Source: a virus
Length of the DNA stretch: 64,000 bases
Reading direction: 5' to 3' (one strand)
Virus record (IMG/VR): IMGVR_UViG_3300045988_182799
Shown here in pieces: positions 36,219-45,435 of this stretch. Below the pieces are notes generated by a model. That model was not told where the DNA came from and did not search any database. It saw only the letters and a list, made by a program, of their open reading frames with translations. Positions within the stretch are counted from its first letter, which is position 1. The number at the start of each line of letters is the position of its first letter. Position numbers and translations under genes: made by a program.

Positions 36219-37103
36219 TTAGAACTTGAAGAATCGAGGCACAATACCATCTTTGTCCATGTCCAGAATCATGGCAGCGAAAGTATCCATCTGAATCGGC
36301 ACAAACTCAGCCGTATAGCTGAGCGAGCCGCCGGACTCCTCCGCAATGTCGAGCATCGTCTTGAGGAATGCTGTAAAGTCCTGAATCTCGTTAGGTTTGA
36401 GGGTGACGCTCGTGCAGATGGAAAGGCAACTCTCATCCACGTCTGCCACATCGCCTTCCTCGCGGCCAAAGACGCTCCTGACAGACTGAACTGCAGCCAG
36501 CATCTTATCGACCTGCTGAACGGTGAAGGTATCTCCCGCTTCCAGCTCCATCTCGAAGGTGTAGCAGAACCAGAAAGGAATATCCTTTACCGCTTCTTCC
36601 GACACATAATCGGGACTGTCGCACAGCGTCTTGCCATCAAAGGTCAGCATCGACACATGGCTGTCCACGTCGTAGTATTCAAGGCCCTGATACCGGACCG
36701 ATTCAGCCCCGCAATCCTGCAAAATATCGCTCCAGAATGCAGAGCCGTAGAAGATGCTGTAGCTGAAGTAGTGAATCATGCCGTAAGACAGAAACGCTTC
36801 AACGTCCACATCTTCGAGGATACGCGAAACGGCATCCTCCACTTCCGGCGTGCTCTGCCAGCTGGTATCGAGACCATCAAGCCCCTTCCCGCCGGTCTTG
36901 TTGTGAATGTCCAGAGCAGTTTTCCCGTCAAGTTTGATGACCATTGCGCTAAGACTCATGGACTCGATGCTGGCGGTATCGAGGAACTGGCGCAAATACC
37001 GCGCCAAATCTTTACGTACCTGCTCGGCACCCTTCTCACCTTTCCCGATAATGATGCGCTCAATAGCGACCAATTCAGTGCTCATAGTATCTCCTTTACT
37101 CAA
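36219..37103 (-). CDS. acidic hypothetical protein (294 aa)
   Basis: Intact ORF, strongly Asp/Glu-rich. Confidence 0.55.
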   Translation of the reverse strand: MSKGDTMSTELVAIERIIIGKGEKGAEQVRKDLARYLRQFLDTASIESMSLSAMVIKLDGKTALDIHNKTGGKGLDGLDTSWQSTPEVEDAVSRILEDVDVEAFLSYGMIHYFSYSIFYGSAFWSDILQDCGAESVRYQGLEYYDVDSHVSMLTFDGKTLCDSPDYVSEEAVKDIPFWFCYTFEMELEAGDTFTVQQVDKMLAAVQSVRSVFGREEGDVADVDESCLSICTSVTLKPNEIQDFTAFLKTMLDIAEESGGSLSYTAEFVPIQMDTFAAMILDMDKDGIVPRFFKF

Positions 37104-37270
37104 TATGGACAGGCAGCTTGATTTCTGTCTCGTTCTGTTTCAGAGGCGGCAAATCCTGTACGTACTCAGCAATCTTCTCAGCCAGTTCGGCAGCGCTCAG
37201 CATTTTGATTTCCGGCGGAACAATGCAGCGGTCATCAACGACATAGTTCTTAGTGCCCATAGGCATTCCC

Positions 37271-37771
37271 TCACAGTGCAGCCAGATAGTGAATCGCCAT
37301 CTTTGCAAACCCGATAGCAGATACAAAGCACCATCCTGCTTTTCCAGCCCAGATAACCTTTGTATAGATGGGTAATACCTTTCGGACCGGCTCCAATTTC
37401 CCGAATGCAAGAGGAATTGCGGATACCATCAGCAGCGAAATGTCAAACGCTAAACAAACAAACACAGTTAAACAGTAGTTCAGCATGAGTTGAGCTTCGA
37501 CCTTATTGACTTCAATTAAGCGCAAAGCCAACAAAGCAAATGCCGTTGAAATCACACAGCTAATGACAAGGATTCGTACCGTATGGTTCAGAGTATCCTC
37601 GGGTGATAGGTATTTTCTTTTGCCGCAGCAATAGGTTACTTCTTGGAAGGCTTTACGCCCAAAATACAAGTTATAAACACCATTTACTGCGAAAAGGATA
37701 GCTGTTATGGAGAACAGCGCCACTCTGCAAATAGCAACGATACCCATAGGAATCAAAAGGAGAACTTGCAC
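37271..37771 (-). CDS. polytopic membrane protein (166 aa, ~5 TM)
   Basis: Hydrophobic profile. The downstream small ORF 37096-37260 is a possible coupled peptide. Confidence 0.55.
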   Translation of the reverse strand: MQVLLLIPMGIVAICRVALFSITAILFAVNGVYNLYFGRKAFQEVTYCCGKRKYLSPEDTLNHTVRILVISCVISTAFALLALRLIEVNKVEAQLMLNYCLTVFVCLAFDISLLMVSAIPLAFGKLEPVRKVLPIYTKVIWAGKAGWCFVSAIGFAKMAIHYLAAL

Positions 37772-38640
37772 TCACGGCGCTCGCGGCCATTGCCGCACCA
37801 ATAGTGCCGCCAGGTGGGAGCCTTACCGTTCGCTTCCTTCTTGTAACGCTCCATCAGATAATGGCCCACCACAAAGGTCTTGATATTGACTTTCTTGGTC
37901 TGGCCCTTGAACGTAAAGACAGGACGTTCGTCCTTTTTCGGGCTGTCCAGACGAATCTCCGCGCCTTTGCTGGCAAGGTAGTAGGCACACAGCATTGCGA
38001 GACGGACATAGGGCGTGCCTTCGCCGTAAACAGACGGGATAGCGTCCAGCGTTTCAGGAATAGTGATGTCATCTTTATCGCGGGTCGAAGATGCCTTTTC
38101 AATGTACTGTTTCGTGCTGCGAGTCGCCTCCGTCAAGCTCTGACCCTCCTTAATCCAAGCGGGAAGGGACAGGAACGCGAAGTTCTCCTTCTCGTTCTGG
38201 ACGGGGCCGACAAGGACGATGCCAACGAAGGTGTCATCCGTCTTTGTATCGAACTCGATATGCACGAACATGCCGCAGTAGTCCACGCTGTTGTACAGAG
38301 GCACATAGAAGTTCTTGAACGGCAGGCGCTCCAGCACCTCGCGATGGAGGGTGAGGTCATCGGTATCCATCAGCAGTTCCAGAAAATCCTTGCCGAAATC
38401 GTAGATGACCTTGGTCTGATTCCAGTTGGCGATGGTGTAGCACGGGAAAATCTGGGCAGCCAGCACCTTTTCAAAGCCAGGCTGCTGCATCTGCTGGGCA
38501 ACACGCAGGCACTGAAGCGTAGCGCCCTTGGTGAATTCGTCCAGCGTCTTGCCGCAGGGGTCCTCAAAATCGAAGCCGGTACGGGTCGAGCGAGTAACGG
38601 CATTGGCGGTGAGTGCGATACGAACCTGTTCAGAAGTCAT
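37753..38640 (-). CDS. hypothetical protein (295 aa)
   Basis: Intact ORF with strong RBS ATTTTGGAGGATATTT. Confidence 0.6.
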   Translation of the reverse strand: MTSEQVRIALTANAVTRSTRTGFDFEDPCGKTLDEFTKGATLQCLRVAQQMQQPGFEKVLAAQIFPCYTIANWNQTKVIYDFGKDFLELLMDTDDLTLHREVLERLPFKNFYVPLYNSVDYCGMFVHIEFDTKTDDTFVGIVLVGPVQNEKENFAFLSLPAWIKEGQSLTEATRSTKQYIEKASSTRDKDDITIPETLDAIPSVYGEGTPYVRLAMLCAYYLASKGAEIRLDSPKKDERPVFTFKGQTKKVNIKTFVVGHYLMERYKKEANGKAPTWRHYWCGNGRERRECKFSF

Positions 38641-38724
38641 AAATATCCTCCAAAATATGTTATTTGTTTTCGGCTTCCCGATGGTTTGTTAGAAAGCAAA
38701 GTTGTCTGCCAGCCGTAGCTGTTG

Positions 38725-38772
38725 CCCGCTGCCCGCCTCGTGGAGGCCCCTTTGCATAAAGGCAGCTGCGGG
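38725..38772. other. conserved hairpin-loop element, copy 5 (variant)
   Basis: CCCGCTGCC-[CGCCTCGTGGAGGCCCCTTTGCATAAA]-GGCAGCTGCGGG. Lies immediately 3' of the stop of the 38784-39380 gene. Confidence 0.45.
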
Positions 38773-38783
38773 GAGAACCCCGC

Positions 38784-39380
38784 TCAAGATTTGATGTTTA
38801 GGCGTCTATTGATTTCTTTTACGCCGAGTTTCCGAGATGTAAATACAGGCTTTACCTCTTGCCCGTGCTGTTTCACAAACCGTTCGAGCACTGTCCATGA
38901 CGGCTCGCTTCCATCCTCAAAGGAATACGGGTCAAGGTTCAGAAAGAGCCAGGTCTTGGTGTGTTCCCTGCCGGCCAGATAGTGAATGAGTGATGCCGTA
39001 ATGGCAAGAACCCCCTTATGCCATGTGTAGGTCATAGTTCGGCTCACATCATGGACAATAAGTTGGGGCTGCTTTCCCATCGCCATATCGACTTCGATGG
39101 TATGCGCCACAACGGGCTTATCGTCCGTAATCTTATATTGATGCAGAATCATCGGAATGCGGCCCGGAACGATACGGTCATGGTCCAGTACAAAGTCCGC
39201 GTACTCCCCTGTCACATCAAAGACAATGATTCGGTCTGAGATGGTACGCAGCGTCTTGGCAATCTGACGCTTACACCAGAACGTCTTCCCTACCCCTTCA
39301 TTGGCAGATACGAGAGTATAGTAGCTGGTTTCAATGATATTAGGTTCTATCCGTTTCATTCCTTGATGTACTCCTCGCAA
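38784..39380 (-). CDS. small P-loop NTPase (198 aa)
   Basis: Walker A SANEGVGKTF and Walker B RIIVFDVTGE. Confidence 0.6.
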   Translation of the reverse strand: MRGVHQGMKRIEPNIIETSYYTLVSANEGVGKTFWCKRQIAKTLRTISDRIIVFDVTGEYADFVLDHDRIVPGRIPMILHQYKITDDKPVVAHTIEVDMAMGKQPQLIVHDVSRTMTYTWHKGVLAITASLIHYLAGREHTKTWLFLNLDPYSFEDGSEPSWTVLERFVKQHGQEVKPVFTSRKLGVKEINRRLNIKS

Positions 39381-39886
39381 AACTCCAGTTTGCGTTCTGC
39401 ATAACTCTCATCACCCGTAACATTGACCAGAAATTCTTGCAATTCCGCTTCGAGCTTCTTCTCGGTCAGAGTGGCGAGCTTTTCGTTATACTCTTTCGGC
39501 GGCCAATCAATGGCACAGAAAACCATCGTGTTGCCATCGTAATCAAACGTACTGAAAAAGCTCCCGGAGGGATAGCCGTAACACTTTTCAAAAACGTGAC
39601 ACAGGGCGTTTGCATAGATGATATGGGCTTCTTCCTTCAAGCAGTCACTTCCGTAGTCCTTAGCCCGGTGCAGATTATACCAATCACCGGCTGCCGCAAC
39701 GAATTTCATGCCCAGCGGCCAGGCTTCATACCCTTCGAGGTCTTCGTTTTTGAAAGACGGCACTAAGGCAAGAACTTCTTCTTTAGTCGGAACATATCTC
39801 GCCAGAAAGTCCTCGTTGTAATGGACTTCCTCACCGTCTCCAAGGTTAATACCTTTCCCGGTGTTGTTTACGTGATACCACCCCAT
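39356..39886 (-). CDS. hypothetical protein (176 aa)
   Basis: Intact ORF. Confidence 0.5.
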   Translation of the reverse strand: MGWYHVNNTGKGINLGDGEEVHYNEDFLARYVPTKEEVLALVPSFKNEDLEGYEAWPLGMKFVAAAGDWYNLHRAKDYGSDCLKEEAHIIYANALCHVFEKCYGYPSGSFFSTFDYDGNTMVFCAIDWPPKEYNEKLATLTEKKLEAELQEFLVNVTGDESYAERKLEFCEEYIKE

Positions 39887-40487
39887 TAGTTGTTTGCCCC
39901 TCCATTTGCATTTTGATTAGCAGAACTGCGCTTGTTGCAGACAGCAGTGAAAGAAATCCGCACAGAAACGATGCCCAAAAATTCTCGGCGTCGGAGCTGC
40001 TGTCTACGCTGATATAGTACGGATATGCGTTCATGTCTCCAATTGCTTCCTGATATTCCTCCAGGTGTTCTGCCGGTACTGCCAGGATATTGCCTTTAAT
40101 AGGAGCATGGCTATAGATATAGGAGCCTTTTTCGCTATCATCAAACTCGGCCGCGATGATATAATCATCACCACTTTTGGTGTATACCTTTATCGGGTAG
40201 AAGGCTGTTACGTAGTCGCCGGACGGCTCATCACTTGCGGCCTGATGCCGTTCCCACATGATGATGTTGGATACAATGTTATAGTCTTCCGAATCCAGCG
40301 CAATGGATTTTTTCTCATACTGCTCCAATTGAGAAGGCTCAACCGTAGCCAGGTTCGTTCTGATAACCTGCTGCATGTAGGAAATCGGTACGAATGCAAA
40401 CAGTACCGCCATCACCAACATAAGAAGTATCTGCATAATGGCTTTCGTTTTCTTTTTCATAGTTATCTCCCGTGTGCTGCATACCAA
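39846..40487 (-). CDS. membrane-anchored protein (213 aa)
   Basis: N-terminal signal/TM segment AIMQILLMLVMAVLFAFVPI. Confidence 0.5.
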   Translation of the reverse strand: MVCSTREITMKKKTKAIMQILLMLVMAVLFAFVPISYMQQVIRTNLATVEPSQLEQYEKKSIALDSEDYNIVSNIIMWERHQAASDEPSGDYVTAFYPIKVYTKSGDDYIIAAEFDDSEKGSYIYSHAPIKGNILAVPAEHLEEYQEAIGDMNAYPYYISVDSSSDAENFWASFLCGFLSLLSATSAVLLIKMQMEGQTTNGVVSRKQHRERY

Positions 40488-40806
40488 GCATAGAAGCCAT
40501 CGTATTGCTCCCGCCCTGGTCTGTCTTCGCTCAAACTCGCGGGTATCTACAAATGACTATACCGTCCGGCGTGCAAGCCTCTACCACAGGCTTCTTTTTC
40601 GGCTTCTTTGAGTTTCTCAGGAAATTCCCGTTCTTCATTCTCGTTTTCTCGGAAGGCTTCCGCAAACGCTTTGTACAAGTCGTAAGTATCTTTTTCAGGA
40701 TTAAAAGGCACGGTCCTATAATACTCCGTTATGAACCATTTTTTACCATCGATGCTTGTCAGATAAAATCTTGTATTTGGGATTGGGATACTTCCCATCA
40801 TGTTAC

Positions 40807-41199
40807 TCACCATCCTCCACGAGATAAGCGAACCCACTCTGTCCTTGTCCCGCTGTAATACGGAGTATGAGTATACGCTTCGTAGGCCCATTTGCGCTCT
40901 TGCTTTTCCCTCAATGCTTGCTCCTCCTTCAGTTCCTTGACTGTGGCGATGAGCTTGTTTTCTTTGCCTTCCGCTTCACCTTTGGCAAAAGCGGCTTTTT
41001 GGGCTTCGTCAATACGCTGGTATCTGTTCTTTCGTTCTTTCTCGATATAGAGTAGTCCATTGGCTACTGCATCGAGAAATGCTTGTGTCTCAAAGGCAGA
41101 AATAGGTTCTTTTCCATCCTTATCTTTGGATACACAGAAAAAGCCGTTTTCGTCATAGCAGATGAAATAGGGAGAGTTTGGGACCTGTTGTGTTTTCAT
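40807..41199 (-). CDS. hypothetical protein (130 aa)
   Basis: Intact ORF. The downstream ORF 40547-40891 probably starts at the internal MMGSIP (~40800). Confidence 0.45.
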   Translation of the reverse strand: MKTQQVPNSPYFICYDENGFFCVSKDKDGKEPISAFETQAFLDAVANGLLYIEKERKNRYQRIDEAQKAAFAKGEAEGKENKLIATVKELKEEQALREKQERKWAYEAYTHTPYYSGTRTEWVRLSRGGW

Positions 41200-41259
41200 G
41201 GCTTTCTCCCCTTCTTTTTCGTTCTGAAGACTATTTGCCAGGAGCCTTTCCCGTTGCCC

Positions 41260-41296
41260 GCCGCTTGCCCCGTGGAGGCTGTCTTCGTTGAGCGGC
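41260..41296. other. conserved hairpin-loop element, copy 6
   Basis: GCCGCT-[TGCCCCGTGGAGGCTGTCTTCGTTG]-AGCGGC. Lies immediately 3' of the flotillin gene stop, followed by a second small hairpin GCAGCCC-TCAAT-GGGCTGC. Confidence 0.5.
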
Positions 41297-41330
41297 AGCA
41301 GCCCTCAATGGGCTGCGTGATGAACCTCAA

Positions 41331-43022
41331 TTATTTGTTGGGGCCCGTCTTCTTTTTATACGGATTGGTTTTGTTGGTGGTAGCATGCTTCTCAGCTGCC
41401 TTGGCGTGAGCATCCATGATGGCCTTTTCCTCGTCCGTAAAATCGGGACGGAAAGAAGTTTTATCTTCGCCGGTGATAGGGTCTTTCTCATGGAACATCC
41501 AACCATCTTCGACACGCTCGGAGGTGATGTGAGATTTTGGCTCGTCCAACTCCACACCATCGATATGGATGTTGCGGTCCGTCTTAGCCTGGATGCTATT
41601 GGCACGAACAATCTCACCCATGTCGATACCGGTTGCCTCCTTCACCGTCTGCATGGTCTGGGCCATGAGCACCGGGACGTTACCAGACACACCGGATACG
41701 CCGGAAGCATCACCACCGATGATAGACACCTTGTCGATGCTGGACAGGGGCTGGGCCACGCTCTTGGCGATGTCAGGCAGAACCTTGATAAGCATTTCGG
41801 CAACAGCTGCGTCGTTGTACTGTTTGTAGGCTTCGGCTTTCTGTTTCATAGCCTCTGCCTCAGCCAGACCTTTCTGGCGAATGGCTTCAGCCTCAGCCTT
41901 ACCGACCATCTCGATGCCTTCTGCTTCCTGCTGCTTAGCGAACTTTTGTGCTTCGGCTGCACGCTCCGCCTCGTATTTTTTGGCTTCTGCTTCTTTCTGA
42001 CGGCGATAAAGGTCTGCATCAGCCTGTTTACGGACTTCTGCGTCCAGTTTACGCTGCTGGACTTCGGCTTCCTGCGCAGCAAGGTCAACCATCTTCTTCT
42101 GCTTGGCAATCTCTGCGTCAGCCTCAGCTTCTTTGATTTCCTTGGCACGGAGGTTCATCTGGATACGACCGGCGGCATCCGCATCGGCCGCCGCCTTGTC
42201 AGCTTCCGCCTTCAGCTTTGCCTTGGCGAGCTGCAACTCGTTGTTGCGCTGTGCGATAGCGGTCTGAGCTTCGACTTCCTTGGCATTTGCAGCCATCTCA
42301 GCATCTGCTTTGGCGCAAGCCACGTCACGGGCCGCCTGGGCACGAGCAATCTCAGCCTGCTTCTTCACCAGTTCTTCCTGCTCGATACCGATAGCTTCGA
42401 TGACACCGTGATTGTGGCCCTGTGCATCAATCGCGTCCCTAATGTCTTGAACATTGAAGGTCACGACCTCAAGGCCCATCTTGGCGAGGTCTGGACGAGC
42501 GTTCTCAATGACGCTCAGTGCCATCTGCTTGCGGTTTGTCAGAATCTGGTCAACGGTCATGTCGGAGACAATCTCACGCAGGTTGCCCTGCAGAACGTCA
42601 TTGACCTTGTCGTTGATGCCCTGCTCATTCATACCAAGGAAGTTCGAGATAGCTGCCTGCTGGCGGGACATGACATACGCCTTGGCGTCCTTCAGACCAG
42701 ATGCTTTGACCTCATCGTCCAACACAGTGGAGTTCTCACTGTAAACCTGAATCGTTACGACAGAATCAATCCAGAGCGACACGCCATTCTGAGTCTTAAC
42801 GCCTGTTTCAGGGGTCTTGACATCGATTTTCAGCAGCCGCATGTTCAGCTTGTCTGCTCGTTGCAAGACAGGAAGCACAAACGTGCCTTTACCGGATACT
42901 ACTTTAGGCTTTGACAACCCAAAACCGGTCACGACGATAGCCTCCGTCGGAGGGGCCTTCTTGTAGCACAGAAAGCCGAAGATGATAATAAGGACTGCTA
43001 CAATCCCGATGATAAGCGCCAT
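41331..43022 (-). CDS. flotillin / SPFH (band-7) family protein
   Basis: N-terminal TM (ALIIGIVAVLIIIFGFL), SPFH core, long Ala/Glu/Lys-rich coiled coil (AEAQKFAKQQEAEG...) and a C-terminal flotillin-like tail. Confidence 0.8.
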   Translation of the reverse strand: MALIIGIVAVLIIIFGFLCYKKAPPTEAIVVTGFGLSKPKVVSGKGTFVLPVLQRADKLNMRLLKIDVKTPETGVKTQNGVSLWIDSVVTIQVYSENSTVLDDEVKASGLKDAKAYVMSRQQAAISNFLGMNEQGINDKVNDVLQGNLREIVSDMTVDQILTNRKQMALSVIENARPDLAKMGLEVVTFNVQDIRDAIDAQGHNHGVIEAIGIEQEELVKKQAEIARAQAARDVACAKADAEMAANAKEVEAQTAIAQRNNELQLAKAKLKAEADKAAADADAAGRIQMNLRAKEIKEAEADAEIAKQKKMVDLAAQEAEVQQRKLDAEVRKQADADLYRRQKEAEAKKYEAERAAEAQKFAKQQEAEGIEMVGKAEAEAIRQKGLAEAEAMKQKAEAYKQYNDAAVAEMLIKVLPDIAKSVAQPLSSIDKVSIIGGDASGVSGVSGNVPVLMAQTMQTVKEATGIDMGEIVRANSIQAKTDRNIHIDGVELDEPKSHITSERVEDGWMFHEKDPITGEDKTSFRPDFTDEEKAIMDAHAKAAEKHATTNKTNPYKKKTGPNK

Positions 43023-43266
43023 ATACATACTCCTTTCGCTCATCACAACCAATGCCTGTCTTTTGTGCAGGCGCGAATACAAACAAAAAAGCTGCGGAAG
43101 CAAAAGCAACCACAGCCTTTTATATGAACCACCGGCCCAGGAAAAAGCCGATGGGGTGAATACAAGCGGAAAGCAAACATGTCAAAGTGAGAGGAAACCA
43201 CGTCGTACACACCGGCAGGAAGAGGTTAAGACCCGCCGGAACCCAATTCCGCTTGTACAATTCTAA

Positions 43267-43293
43267 TTCTACGCAATTCGCACAAATGCACAA
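43267..43293 (-). promoter_or_regulatory. promoter k of the conserved-spacer family (flotillin operon)
   Basis: Minus strand TTGTGC-attTGTGCGAATTGcg-TAGAAT. Confidence 0.55.
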
Positions 43294-43305
43294 GACATTA
43301 TTTCG

Positions 43306-43352
43306 ATAAGCAAAAAGAATCCCCGCTGCTCTTTGCGGGGAAAGCAGCGGGG
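43306..43352 (-). terminator. intrinsic terminator
   Basis: Minus strand CCCCGCTGCTTTCCCCGCAAAGAGCAGCGGGG hairpin followed by ATTCTTTTTGCTT. Confidence 0.55.
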
Positions 43353-43529
43353 TCCGTAAGAAAGGATAAAGAAAGGATGTAAGGAACGAGGTGACTGCAT
43401 GAAAGCAGATAGAACCGTCGGAGAGGGACGGCAAATGTTGTGAGAACTCAGGCACTGTACCCTGCCCCGGTTTGCATGGCTGCCATCGACAGCACCGTCG
43501 GGTCTTTGTCCTTGCCCTCTATATTGTAT

Positions 43530-43547
43530 TATACCACATGTGGTATA
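43530..43547. promoter_or_regulatory. perfect 18-bp palindrome TATACCACATGTGGTATA (candidate operator)
   Basis: Perfect inverted repeat in a non-coding stretch upstream of the terminator and promoter k. Confidence 0.4.
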
Positions 43548-43773
43548 CAAAATCAAGATGCAATCCGAAAATATGGCACATTTAGTGCTTTGTCTGTATA
43601 ATGAGTTGAACTTTTTTGCCTCTGTTTGTGGAGCTCAATCCAAAAAGATAGCCGTTTCCCAACCTTTTGGGAAATGAGATACACTTTTAACTTTAACTCA
43701 TTCCTGAAGCAGAGTAATGATGACGGTTCTGGCATTGGAGTAGTCCGAGGCACAGGTCGTCAGTGCCAACACC

Positions 43774-44220
43774 TTATAAGTTCCAGCATCTTTTTTGTAG
43801 GCTGCGAGTACATCCTGATTTACGTTCTCTGCATTTTCTTCTACATGTCTCGGCAGCAAAGCCAAACGGTGCGTAGACGCTTTCCAGCTGTTCAGCCGTT
43901 AGATAGTAGCGTTCCCGGCCAGCCAGGTGTTCGGGTCCTTGCAGGTCTGTGGTACTGCCCACCTTTGCCCAGTCACCATTGATGCAAGCAAAGAAATCGG
44001 CAGCCGAGCCGTCCTCGCTTTCAAGTTTGATGTCTGCTTCTTTGTCTTCTTCAAGGCTGCTTTGCATTGCTGTTTCGGAGGTCGCAATTGATGTTGTATT
44101 CTGTCCCTTCTTATCATCTGCGTAAGCCGCCGGTATGAAAGGAGTAAACAACTGCGCGGCGAGCAAAATGGCAGCCGATAAGCTTGTGATTCTTTTTGCG
44201 TCTGTCACTGTATCACACCT
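43774..44220 (-). CDS. secreted hypothetical protein (probable GTG start)
   Basis: GTG preceded by AAAGGTG gives signal peptide MTDAKRITSLSAAILLAAQLFTPFIPAAYA|DD. The track ATG start further upstream would run through promoter l. Confidence 0.4.
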   Translation of the reverse strand, partial: RCDTVTDAKRITSLSAAILLAAQLFTPFIPAAYADDKKGQNTTSIATSETAMQSSLEEDKEADIKLESEDGSAADFFACINGDWAKVGSTTDLQGPEHLAGRERYYLTAEQLESVYAPFGFAAETCRRKCRERKSGCTRSLQKRCWNL

Positions 44221-44270
44221 TTGCTGATATTTTGCGAAAAAGTTATAATGTGACAACCATTGCAATGGAT

Positions 44271-44298
44271 ATTGTTGCCAATTCGCACGTTTTGGCAA
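44271..44298 (-). promoter_or_regulatory. promoter l of the conserved-spacer family
   Basis: Minus strand TTGCCA-aaaCGTGCGAATTGgc-AACAAT. Confidence 0.45.
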
Positions 44299-44406
44299 CA
44301 AAAAAGCCCGACCGCTTTGGGTCGAGCTTAATGCTTCTTATTATATGTTGCTGGTTTTGCGTTTTCTTTTGGGACAGTGAAGTGTTTGTAAACAATTCAT
44401 CACACA

Positions 44407-44436
44407 CTGTCAAGATTTATTATGATATGGTATAAT
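44407..44436 (+). promoter_or_regulatory. plus-strand sigma70 promoter with extended -10
   Basis: TGTCAA-like -35, 17-nt spacer, TGgTATAAT. Drives the plus-strand gene at 44467. Confidence 0.5.
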
Positions 44437-44466
44437 GGGTATAGAAAATGAGAGGAATGATGTGTA

Positions 44467-44880
44467 ATGCAAACCTCAATGCAGAGACTGTGTCTTTCAA
44501 ACGAGCAGATTGAACGGCTTCAAGCTATCATAGAGTCAAAGCAAAACTGCAAGTGCCAGGCGGATGTATCGTTTGGCACTGTATGGATTACATCGGATGA
44601 TGAACTCAATGAGCTGCGAGTCTCTTTTCTGGGTGATTTCGAGCTTGTCGTGTCCCGCGTTGGCTTTACTCATAAGCGTCGTGGTACGATGACTTCTGTT
44701 CTGGAAGAACTGAAGAAGATATGCACCGAGGTCGGCGTTCCCAGGATTGTGATACAGTCTGTTCTGACACCTGAGATGCAGGCATTCTGCCAGGCGCATC
44801 ATATTGAGCCTGACAAGAACACAACCATGCAGGTTGGTGATGTCTTGGTAGGCGACTATTATCTTATGCTTGATACCTGA
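44467..44880 (+). CDS. hypothetical protein (137 aa), second credible plus-strand gene
   Basis: ATG after GAGAGG. Weak GNAT-like RRG motif only. Convergent with the minus gene at 44887-45276. Confidence 0.5.
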   Translation: MQTSMQRLCLSNEQIERLQAIIESKQNCKCQADVSFGTVWITSDDELNELRVSFLGDFELVVSRVGFTHKRRGTMTSVLEELKKICTEVGVPRIVIQSVLTPEMQAFCQAHHIEPDKNTTMQVGDVLVGDYYLMLDT

Positions 44881-44886
44881 ACCTTT

Positions 44887-45276
44887 TCAGCATTCGAGAA
44901 CTTCCGGGTCTCCATCGAAATTCTCTCCCCTGTCGAGGCGCTGCCCCACAGAGAAGTTGATGACAAGGGGGTCCTTGTCATATTCAGAATAGTCGAAGTC
45001 TTCCCTCTCACCGTCACTCAACGCTGGGTCATACTCAATTGTTGCGAGCCAAGCATCGAACGGCATTTCATCATGGGTTGCGATGTATTTGGCGTACTGC
45101 CCAAACAGTTCGCAGCATCTGGGCCACGGCAGAGGATTGTCAAGATAAAACTCAAGCTGCCAGTCCTCATACGGAGTCAGGTCGTTCACGCCGTAACGCT
45201 GGAGCCCCTTGAGTGCTTCCTGGCCTTCCTTGCTGGTAAAGAGATAATCGTATCCGTTCATGTTCATTTCCGTCAT
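44887..45276 (-). CDS. hypothetical protein (129 aa)
   Basis: Intact ORF. Confidence 0.55.
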   Translation of the reverse strand: MTEMNMNGYDYLFTSKEGQEALKGLQRYGVNDLTPYEDWQLEFYLDNPLPWPRCCELFGQYAKYIATHDEMPFDAWLATIEYDPALSDGEREDFDYSEYDKDPLVINFSVGQRLDRGENFDGDPEVLEC

Positions 45277-45435
45277 CTTTTACAGGTCCTTTCTTTATTT
45301 GTGTTTCTTCCAAGTTCGTGGTGGTCGGCCGAGTCCCTGCCTCCTTTCTTTGTGGGGTCACTCTATAAAGAGATATTTTCTATAAAAATGTAAACCGCTA
45401 TATACAAAAAGCCTCCAAAATTCTGGCGGCTGCTG

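Noticed and set aside
2367-41296. Hairpin elements as Rho-independent terminators
   Set aside because: None is followed by a U-tract on either strand. The loops are 21-26 nt (far larger than terminator loops) and the loop sequence, not the stem, is conserved.
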